In this document: positions 20,435-30,152 of the stretch, piece by piece | Position numbering within the stretch: position 1 is the stretch's first letter | Layout: every line of letters begins with the position of its first letter | NCBI GenBank assembly: GCA_017654855.1 | Contig: CM030332.1 | Coordinates: 5,208,001 to 5,272,000, forward strand | Direction: 5' to 3' | DNA length: 64,000 nucleotides | From: Podospora anserina | Taxonomy: Eukaryota | Position numbers and translations under genes: made by a program | Notes under the pieces: generated by a model | The model's database searches: none | What the model was told of the DNA's origin: nothing | Seen by the model: the letters and a program-made list of their open reading frames with translations, nothing else

Positions 20435-22353
20435 TCAAGGCAACAATCTCTTGGGGGTGCGTGGGTAGTAGGCGGCAAGGTGAACACTGGGAAGGTTGAG
20501 ATACCACGCAACAACACGATCAAGACCAACTACAGCCGACACGTTAGCAGCCATACCAACAAACATGCTTACCGCCAAAGCAAGCGTAACCGGAGTCAGG
20601 AAACTTACTGCCTCCACCAGCGTGGGGTGGCGCTCCGACTTGACGGAACAGGTCAACGTATTCGCGAATGCCCGGGCTCTTAGGGTCGACACCCTTGGTG
20701 CGAAGGCGAGCTTCAAGCTCCACAGGATCGTGGATACGCTGACCACCGGACAGAATCTCTTGCCCTCTCATGAACATGTCGTAAGCCAATGTGACCTTGG
20801 GATTAGTGGGATCCTCCTTAGCGTAGAAGGGGCGGGCATCAGATGGGAACTTGTCCAACACATAGAAGTCGGTGTTGTACTTCTTCTTGATGAGAGCACC
20901 CAGAGCCTTCTCTTGGGGTGTGCTCATATCCTCGAAGTCGCTGACATTTCTGAATTCCTCTGGGCCTTCTTCTCTCAAGAGCTTTTGGCCCTCAGCAAAA
21001 GTCAAGCGGACCTCCTTGCCCTCCTCGGGTAAGAGAAACTCCTCCGAGGGATATACCGACCGTACGAGAGCGATCTCATCTGCGCAAGTCTTCTTGATGG
21101 TGCGGAAGATGTGAAGGAGTACACCCTCAAGCATGTGCAAAGCTTCCTGGTAATCAGTCACCTCCATTTCCAAATCGAGACCTGTGAACTCGGTCATGTG
21201 TCTGGGTGTGTTGCTGTTCTCGGCTCTGAACACGGGCCCAACACAGAAGACACGCTTTCTTCCCGCAAGAACTTCGATCTGCTTGTAAAACTGTGGTGAC
21301 TGGGCAAGGAAAGCCTCTTTCTCGAAATAAGGCAGGCGGAACACATTGGCACCACCTTCGGAGGCGGCAGCAATGAGGCAGGGAGGCTCAAACTCCTTGA
21401 AACCGTGCTCGCGCAGGTAAGAACGGAACAGGTGCTTCACCTCAACGCGGATGTCAGCAATGGCCTGCTGGACATAAGAGCGCTTGTGCATGACAATGTT
21501 GTCCAAATGCGTAAGCATCGAGGCGGCCGGAGGACCGGAGACCTCGCCAGAAATGCTCAGCTTCTCAACACCCTCCACAGGCGCTTCCGCGGGGGCCTCT
21601 TCATCGCTGAAGTTTGTGACAGCCTTGTTGGCTGTCGAGAGGGTCATGCCCAACATGGCGGGAGCAGAGGAAATGACAAAAAGCTTGGTCAAGTGGAGCT
21701 CGTAGTTGGAGACACGACAACTCTTGACGGGCTCAAGAGGCTTCTCGACTGTGGCTTCAACAACCACGAAGGACTCAGGGTTAACTGATCCGATAAACTT
21801 GACCATTTGACGGCTCACTGAACCATCAGCGTTCGCCGCAACCACGCCCTGGATCGCCCAGTTGCCGGTTTCTCTCAGCTCAACAAAGGCCTGTGGTCTC
21901 GTCAGTATATCGTAATATCAAGAAGATAGAGAAACAAACCATCTTGGCGCCTTGCATTCTCGCATTCTGGAGAAAAGCTCTAAGTTTGACCTTCTTGCCG
22001 AGATGCTCATCGTTGAGCGTCTTAAGACTGATCTCGGTGGCATCCTCGGACAGCTTGGTCTCATGAGTCTCTTGGCCATAATTGCCCGTGGCATGGTCCT
22101 CAGCAGCAGCAGCGTTGGCCTGAGCAGTAGCAGCAGCTCTCTCAGCAGCCCGCTTGGCTTTCTCGGCCTCTATACACAGTGTTAGGTTAAGATATCTTTG
22201 TATATATGGAGAGTTGATCGGTGTGTGATAATCCATACCTTTCTTAGCCTTGGCCTCAGCCTTCTTCAGGGCCTTCTTGGAGGGGCCAGCATCCTCACCA
22301 GCAACCTCTGGGGTCTCAGCAGGAGGGGCGGGATTTGGCGTGGGTTCGGCCAT
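20435..22353 (-). CDS. DPS1: Aspartyl-tRNA synthetase, cytosolic type but divergent (possible paralog); exons 22353-22239, 22169-21940, 21890-20609, 20529-20435
   Basis: Lys-rich N-terminal extension, OB-fold (KMAFVELRE), [18 protein letters not shown], motif 2 [35 protein letters not shown] and motif 3 PPHAGGGIGLDRV. Three canonical introns. Confidence 0.9.
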
Positions 22354-22779
22354 TGTGAATAATTGTCCAAAATCTACGAGATGGAGCTGAAGAGGTGACG
22401 GTTGCGCGAGGAATTGGGGTCTAAGTAACGAGATCAACGGCCTGCTTATAAGGGTGCAATGGCCGGGTGATTATGACTCGAAATTTGGCCGAACACCTGA
22501 GATGACTTTGACCGAGCGGCAAGCAGGTACAGGAAGGCGCCCTGGCTGTCTGGAGTTCCTTGGTGGGGTGATGAGGGGCAGTTGCATCCCCAGAATTTGT
22601 TATCTTATCTCGAACCTCATATATAACCCCAACCCTGAGTTGATTGCCACTTTGAATGGCACGGGAAAGTCTTGAGGACGGATGCACGAAATTACGTCGC
22701 GTCCCAGCGTGGCCAACGGCGTCCTCTCAGCCGAATTATTCTTCAGCACATCGTGCAGAGTTAGCCTCTATACTTCACT

Positions 22780-24367
22780 ATGGCTTCAAAACGCGATCAC
22801 AGCACCCTCTCGGCCAGTGACTACGATGATGCGCCGCCCTCCTCTTCTAACAAACGTCGTCGCGGGCAGCCTGCTGCTAAGACCAAGCAGGTCGAAGTGA
22901 AAACTGACCCGACATACGGCCAGAGAACCGCTTTCCCGGGCCTAGATGACGATGGCAACGGCCAATTCAGCGACGAAGATCTTGAAACTGAGGAGTGCGG
23001 CGATGCGCTCGCCTATTTGAAATCTGTTCGGTAAGCCTCCCTTGATACTTCTTCTCTCTACCATCACCACAATTCAGCCATCGCTAAACAACCCACTATC
23101 ACCTCAGCCACGTCAAACTGATAACGATGACCACATATGAAATGGTAAGCTAATGGGTAAGTAATCTCACAGACAAGAAGCCAGCCACGTCCCACACATT
23201 CTCGTCGCGCCGAAAGCAGGGCCCCAGCTCCCTCCCCATTTGCTATCTACAACAGCAAACAGTCACGATGCAGTCGACCGCAGTCTCTACGATGACGGCG
23301 TAGGCGATCCCCGAGGTTACTACCAAGACGGTGCCTACACCGCAGCCCCTGACCCATCACCTACCTCCAGCCAGCAAGAAGCCGGATTGCTGGCCTCAGC
23401 CGATGCTGAGGCCGAAAACAAGCGCGCCCTCAGCGAATCTTATTACGCCTCCCTTACCGAACAGTTTCTCTCTCTTCGGGCCCTCCTTCACCAGGAACCA
23501 CCCCAAGAACTTGTTGATGCCCTCGACAAAGACCATGGTATAGAAGTCGGCGCGTTTGGCCCAAAGTCTTGGACTTTCCGGGTGTGGACCAAACGAATCA
23601 GATACACAGACCCGCTCCCGGTTCAAATCGCAGCCTTGGACAGGCAGAGCGTTCTCAAGATTCTTCGTATAATTCTCGGTGGCAAGTTCATCCGCCGTGG
23701 TTATGAGCTGCGGGAAAGGACTAGTCGCTGGATTTGGGCTTTGCTTGCTCGTTTGCCTGACCGGGGTGTGCTTGACCACACCGAAGTTGGATGGGTGAGG
23801 GATCTAGGAAAAAGAGCTGTGCTCATGATGGTTAGTATCGCTCATATGGCTGCGTTGAGAGAAGAAGTGGACGAAGGCTTGGAGGGCGAGGAGTATGGCG
23901 ACGAAGAGGACGAGGAGGAAGAAGAGTACCCCGTGGACGAGGACATGGAATCGGAAAGTCATGAGGACGGTTTTGGTGTCACCATACAGGACGAAAAAGG
24001 AACCCTCGAGGTACCGCCAGCTAACCCTGTCGAGTCTGCTGAGGAGGCGGAAGATGGCGAAATGGACATGGACCTCGACGAAGGGGAGATCTCAGATGAA
24101 GACAACAACAAGGATATCGGTGCTGACATTGCGGCAGCCAAGGCACGCATGCTTGCCCAGCTTGAAGACATCCCAGAGTACGAGCAGGGCGTTCCCGCTG
24201 TTCAAGTGGAGAAGGTCTATGCTGACCAAGCGGATGAGCCGGTTTTTGACGAGACGAGAGCCAGAATCAACATGCGGGCGACTTTGAATATGATTTTGAC
24301 CGTAGCGGGTGAGCTTTATGGGCAAAGGGATTTGCTGGAGTTTCGGGACCCTTTCCCTTCTCTGTAG
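22780..24367 (+). CDS. GEMIN2: Gemin2/Brr1 (SMN-interacting protein 1)-like snRNP assembly factor; exons 22780-23030 and 23173-24367
   Basis: The spliced N-terminal motif ALAYLKSVRQEASHVPHILVA, central RWIWALLARLP and C-terminal LNMILTVAGELYGQRDL resemble Gemin2-family blocks. Long acidic insertion. Confidence 0.7.
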
Positions 24368-24814
24368 GTTTGTTAAGAAGGCATGATTTGTGAAGGGCGA
24401 GGTGCCCTGTATGTATATTACTCGAGCCCATTCATTGTTCTCATAGTCAGCAAGCCTACTGTTTACATAAATAATCAATCTTTAGTAGTTACATGTCCCA
24501 TGAGAAGCGGGCAGGTTAAAACTACAAGCTGCCAGGAAGACTGCATAGAAGCAGTTGACTATTCTGGTGAATCTCTCTCTCCAGATATAATGCAGGAAAC
24601 AATAAACAGCCGCTATGTAAGGAAAGCCTTGGTATACGCATCCATGAATGTCCCCCTTTTAACTTCCGTCAAGAACGCCATGCCCGTAAATGCAAATCGA
24701 TCGCAATGTCTACCCCTCCCATGTTTTCTTCCCCTAGAAATGTCTCAGCCATTTCCATCTTCCCACTAACAATTACTCCCCCCTCGTCACACAAGCAAAC
24801 GCAACCTCCCTTGT

Positions 24815-25567
24815 CTACTCATCACCCATCCCCTCCAAGAAGCTCGCCTCCTCAAAATCATTGCCGTCCACCAGCACCCGAACAGTATTCTCCTGCCCAG
24901 CGGCAGCAGCAACAGCACCCTCCCTACCCTTCTTTCCCCTCGGCACAGCCCACCTCCTATTTTCAAACCCCGCCGGCCCAAAACTCCTAGGGCTGACATC
25001 CACATCCTCCCACGAGAGCACCATCCCCTCCTCCTGCTCCTCCTCGTCTTCCTCCCCAACAAAGAACCTCTTCTTCGCATTGAGGTTCACCCTCTCCGCC
25101 GCCTCCACCGCAGAGGTAGCACTCCCATTGCTGTAAACCGACTCCTGCGATCCCGCCATCTCACAATCGTCCGCTCCAGCACCGTTAGATGGCTGGATCC
25201 CGAGCCCACCGACTTTGTGGATGCCGCTAAAAGGGAGGAGCTCCCTGATTCCACCACCACCAGCAGTGCTGACAGGAACTGTAGGGGTTGGGGTGATGGG
25301 AGCGGCGTTGTCTTCCCAGAGCTTGAAGGCAGAGTACTGCGCACCGGTCTTGTAGCCTTCCTGGACTGACTTGCGGACGCGCATCCCGACGTTGAGGAGG
25401 TTGGTTTGCACTGGGGCAGGGAGGATGGGACCGTTGAGGGGCGTTTTGGTCGATTGGGTGGCGGTGGGGGAACCGGAGGAAGAGGGGGAGAAGAAGGAGG
25501 TTATTTGACGTTGGGCAGGGTCGCTGGCGGCGCCGGCAAAGGGGCGCTTGGTTCGAGGGGCGGACAT
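24815..25567 (-). CDS. spd1: Ribonucleotide reductase inhibitor, Spd1/Dif1 family
   Basis: ATG at 25567, PIP-like QRQITSFF, family signature LLNVGMRVRKSVQEGYKT, disordered remainder ending DFEEASFL. Single exon. Confidence 0.85.
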   Translation of the reverse strand: MSAPRTKRPFAGAASDPAQRQITSFFSPSSSGSPTATQSTKTPLNGPILPAPVQTNLLNVGMRVRKSVQEGYKTGAQYSAFKLWEDNAAPITPTPTVPVSTAGGGGIRELLPFSGIHKVGGLGIQPSNGAGADDCEMAGSQESVYSNGSATSAVEAAERVNLNAKKRFFVGEEDEEEQEEGMVLSWEDVDVSPRSFGPAGFENRRWAVPRGKKGREGAVAAAAGQENTVRVLVDGNDFEEASFLEGMGDE

Positions 25568-25893
25568 TTTGTGTAGCTTAGGGCCCCAGGGGGAAGGAAA
25601 GTTATGCGCTTTGATTGTTTTCCGAAGAGAAATGGTGTGGTTTGGTGGGTGGTTGGTTGCAATTGTCAATGCTCTTTCGAGGTTAAAGTGGGAGCGAGGA
25701 GAGCTTGGAGTGCACAAGGAGGATTGATCGGTTGTCGTGGTGATGATGACGAAAATGGAGAGGAGGGGGGAGGCTGGGCTGCTTGCTCATATGCTCGGTG
25801 GCGGCCCCAGGGTCCTGCAAATTTACCCAAGCAGGATTGGCGTGGGGTCCGGGGTAACAGAAGAGTGGGTGGACTGCTGCAGAGAGTGGGCAG

Positions 25894-25917
25894 TCGCGCG
25901 CCCGTGTTTCGACGCGT
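25894..25917. promoter_or_regulatory. MCB element (ACGCGT at 25912-25917) with an adjacent CGCG motif, upstream of the spd1-like gene
   Basis: Exact MluI cell-cycle box about 345 bp upstream of the ATG, plus TCGCGCGC at 25894-25901. Function is inferred. Confidence 0.45.
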
Positions 25918-27099
25918 AAATTGAATTTGGGGCACCAAGATTGGCTGCTTCAGTTTGCTTGGCGGTTTGGATTGTGCATGAAGGCTTCTTGTCAAGGCCA
26001 CCCCTTCCGAATGCCTTCAACTTGATCGAGCAGCTGGATGTAATCGAAAAGATTGACAGGTAGAAAATTTGACAGGCACAGCCGGGCTTTTATTTAGCTT
26101 CGATCAAACCCCTCCCGCCTCCTTCTTTGTCAGGGGCCCGGCTCTACGAGTAAAAACCACCACAATTCGTTGCTGGACCCATCTCACTCAGGACCATATA
26201 TCTTTGTTGGACCGTTGGCAGCCACAGGCAGTCATGCGGGACATGCAGCCGCTAAGCAATCAGCCTTGCTCTCCCATGTAGAGATAGCTCTTGAAACATC
26301 TCCGTTGGCCTACAGTTACAGCAAGAGTTGCAAGAGCTTTTTGAAGCAATGGTCTCAAATTGGCCTGTGTCACCGATGAAACATATCCAAATACACATTT
26401 CAGGCGGCCATTAGGAACACCACATACGCCTACCCAGTAACGTTATTGCTAGAGTTGGTCACCACTTCAGCACCAGGCGTACGAGGTTCATGATCATAAA
26501 ACATAACTTTTGCTTCTCTTCATAATAGCAAAGCCGGACGTCGACTATCAACCGCAAACATGAAAAACAGGCTAGCCAGAGTCAAATGCAGACACAGCAG
26601 CTAAATCACTGAGGGGACTCGAAAATGCATGATGGAGCCTCTCCTGAATTCATAACAAAGCACAAAGATTCCTCCTCTACCTTGCCTACTGAACCAAGAC
26701 TTTTGGCGATCCTCGATCTCGCATTCAGCGGCGACTGCCAACCACATCTCACCCGCAAAGGTAGATATTGGTCCGAAGCACGTGTAAAACTGGCTTTGCG
26801 CTGATTGATCCCTCCCACGCAGTATAAACCTGCCCGTTACAGCAAAGACAACACGACGTCAGGAAAACGCAGCACACCGCAGGATGAAAGTCGAAGAAGG
26901 CGACCAAGACAAAAGATTTCCAGACCCCCTAACGCCTTCCATGGTGCTGCGCGTGGTAGTTGGTGGATGTCCGCAAATGATTTTGATTGACGATCAAGAG
27001 TAATGTCTAGACGCCCCGACTGGAAGTAGCCGCAAATACCGAGATGACCCCATTTACCATGCCATTATGCCGAGAAAAGAAAACAGCTAACGAAGCCAT

Positions 27100-27704
27100 C
27101 TACTTTCTCCGGAAAGAGCAGCCCTCGGTGAGTCTGGCCTTACCACCGGTAGGCTGGCAGAGGACGGTCGTGCAGCCCTGGCAGATGACGACGGTCTGGG
27201 CGTGGGAGAAGACGGTGGTGATGGTGAAGCATCCGGGGCACTTGACGTCCATGAAGAAGGAGCGGGGAGCGGGCACAAGGGTCTGAACGCAGTGTTAGTA
27301 TCAGCAGCGACGCGACCGAGCAGAACCTCTTGTCGGCAGCGTTGACAGAGATCCTAATCATAGGTTTGGGATGAACCACATACCTTGAGCTTGTGCTTGC
27401 GGGCCTCAGCAGCCGGGCTGGGGTTGATGAGATCAACGGCGAGAACCTTGAGAATCCATCCGTCAGCACCACATCATCGATAAGAATCCGTTATCCACTG
27501 TTCTGCCCGTCCATGGTCCCGTGGCCAATCGCGATGCCATGATGTGGTGTCGCCCTCCTCCAAAAGATTTCCAGATGTCGATTCCATATCCAAATTTCTC
27601 CTCCTTGGCGTTATCGGCGGTGCAAAACCTTCGTCGTTCGGATGCGGGACCATGGTGGACGGGCAGAACCGAGCTCAATCGGGAAAATGGCTAGGTCTTA
27701 CCAT
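27100..27704 (-). CDS. RPS27: 40S ribosomal protein S27 (eS27); exons 27704-27702, 27446-27384, 27282-27100
   Basis: Spliced product [85 protein letters not shown]-only first exon. Confidence 0.98.
27500..27669. repeat. Inverted repeat (22-bp stem with a 3-nt bulge) inside RPS27 intron 1
   Basis: GTTCTGCCCGTCCATGGTCCCG (27500-27521) is the reverse complement of CGGGACCATGG-TGG-ACGGGCAGAAC (27645-27669), apart from 3 extra bases. Confidence 0.9.
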
Positions 27705-27904
27705 CTTGACTGATTTTTGAGAGTATTACTCTTGATGAATCGGACAACGAGCCTTGGGTGGTGATGAGATCTGGGGTGGTTTGGCGGCAGAATCTACGCT
27801 CGTTGTTGGCGGTTGCGGAGGGGATTTTCGAAGGCCCAGCAACTCGAGAGACCAAAGGCAAAATTTGGGTGCGTGAGCGGCAAATCGCAAAATTGGCCTT
27901 GGAG

Positions 27905-27912
27905 TTAGGGCT
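27905..27912. promoter_or_regulatory. Tbf1-type ribosomal-protein promoter element (TTAGGGCT / AGCCCTAA)
   Basis: Motif lies about 200 bp upstream of the RPS27 ATG and matches the element known from ribosomal protein promoters of Candida and filamentous ascomycetes. Confidence 0.5.
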
Positions 27913-28254
27913 CGGTCCGTGAGCCAATGAAATGCGCCGTACAGTGCGAGTGGGGCCTGCCTCCAACTCGGCAGGGAGCAAGAGGTCCATGGTGGGGTCC
28001 AGGCGACAAAGGCGGGGCGGGTCGTCACTTTGGGTACGTACTCGCTGGAGCTTACCTTGACAAAAGGAGCGATGAATGAAGGCTCCTTGTGAAGCATCAA
28101 GGCAGCAACAATACTGTACTGGCGACATTGGGTGACGACAACGGGATACAGGGCTGAAGTCAGAAGCAACATTGACCGCAATCTATCTACAATTCAACAG
28201 AAAACCATTCACTAGAAGCACAGCACGAGGGCAACCTCAAATACATCCCTCAAG

Positions 28255-29081
28255 ATGGCAGCTCCAATGGACCAGCGCATCGCCGTTCCCATCGACGACC
28301 CCAACGCCGACACAGAATGGTCAGTAATACCTCTTCATCCTCACCCTACAACCAACTAACCCCTATAAGGAATGAAATACTCCGCAAACACAAAATCATC
28401 CCCGAAAAGCCACCCTCCCCCACCCCCATGATCCAAGAAGCCATCCTCGAAGCCCGCCGCCTCGCCCACGAAAACCGCCTCGAAGGCAAAGACCTCTCGG
28501 ACCTCGACTCTCTCGAAGACGAAGAAGACGAAGATTTCCTTGAATCCTACCGCCAGAAACGCCTCCAGGAGCTCTCGGCCCTCTCCAGAAAGTCCATCCA
28601 CGGCTCTGTCTACCCCCTATCCAAGCCAGACTATCAACGCGACGTAACCGAAGCCTCTAACAACGGCCCCGTCTTCGTCCACCTCGCCTCCTCCCTCTCC
28701 ACCAACGTCGAGTCCCGCGTTCTGGGCCAACTGTGGCGTCAGGCAGCAGAGGAATACGGTGACACCAAGTTCTGCGAGATGCCCGCTAACCGAGCGATCG
28801 AGGGGTACCCAGAGAAGAACTGCCCTACCATCTTGGTTTACAAAAATGGGGATATTGTCAAGCAGATTGTCACGCTTATGACGGTGGGTGGGCCAAGGAT
28901 GAGCATGCTCGAGTTGGATAACCTATTGGTTGAAGTGGGGGCAGTGAAGGAGAATGACATGCGGGTGTTGAAGCGGAGGAGGGAGGCGGAAGATGCCGAG
29001 GAGGAGAGGATTGTCAACAAGGGGATCAAGAGCAGTTCTGATAGGAGGAAACAGGACGATGATGACGATGATTGGGACTGA
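28255..29081 (+). CDS. PLP2: Phosducin-like protein (PhLP2 class, CCT co-chaperone); exons 28255-28319 and 28370-29081
   Basis: Spliced DDPNADTEWNEILRKHKIIPEKP, FLESYRQKRLQEL, thioredoxin-like AIEGYPEKNCPTILVYKNG, acidic tail. Confidence 0.93.
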
Positions 29082-30152
29082 GCAAAGGAACGCCACATGG
29101 ACCAGATGTGGTACTACGGCGGCATAATGTTTCCGGGTGAGTCATTCGGTGAGGGCAAGCAACACACGTATCGCATTTCGGCAAGCCGAAAAGGGGAACG
29201 GTGTGACTGGCATGTTCGTGTTCTCGTGGTGGCAATACATTGCTGATCAAGCTTTGCCTGGTAGAAACCGTGAAAGCTTAGAGCTTGTTGTCCACGTGTT
29301 CATCTGCCTGTCTATAGGCCGGAGCAGCTCATGAGGTTGTATCTGTTTTTTTGCCATCCGGCTTGTCTCAGCGAGGCGCGGTTGCCGGTGGAACAACATG
29401 GTAGAGAAAGGCGGCCGGAAGTGCAAAAGCAACCGGCGATCGCCAATGTATACCAAAGTAATAATTCAGGCTGTATGATAGCCATAACTCAAACATTGGC
29501 GCCAGTGGGAGTGTAGTGTGAAAGAGCCGGTGGCTGGTGAACGACTACTCCAACATGGTGGCGAATATCGTCATGTCGAAAGTTACTCCACACGCCGGCC
29601 CTCAATGACATCAAGTCTTTACATCAAAATAGTCACATGTGAAAGCTCACCAGGGGTAATCATGTTTGAAACTCGTTCAATGGCGTATACACCGTGTACA
29701 CCTCAACAAGACTGAAGCAAACCCCTAACTTGACGCAACGCTCTGTTCAATTTCGACGCTGCCAGCCTGGCTGTCAAAGCGCAGACCATAGACACACAAT
29801 TCCACAAATGTTATGCACGGCAAAGACCCCCCTTTCCTCCAATATTACTTCCAGCAAAGAATAAAAGTATTATATTAACCCTCTGGCCCATCCCTAAAAC
29901 CCAAGAGAAGAACAGCAAAACCCCCTTCGCTCACTGCTTAGACGCGCTTCAAGTCGGGGGATAATCTCATATAATGATGGTATGAATGAACTTCCCTCTC
30001 TCTCCCTGCCTGCCTGGAACGCCATAGGTATCATTTGCGCCTTCACTACCCACCCCTATCCTCCCCCACCCTACAACTCCAGATTTGACAAACAGTGGAA
30101 ACAAGCAAGCAACGCAACACGGAATGAAAGATGGACGCAACGGCGGTGTCAT

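Noticed and set aside
20100..20435. AspRS as ErdS (AspRS-DUF2156 fusion)
   Set aside because: The protein ends at PKRLLP* and no downstream transferase-like frame is visible.
23031..23172. Micro-exon or nested intron in the Gemin2-like intron (internal CAG and two GTAAG)
   Set aside because: The residual second intron would be under 30 nt and phases do not match. A single 142-nt intron restores the conserved motif.
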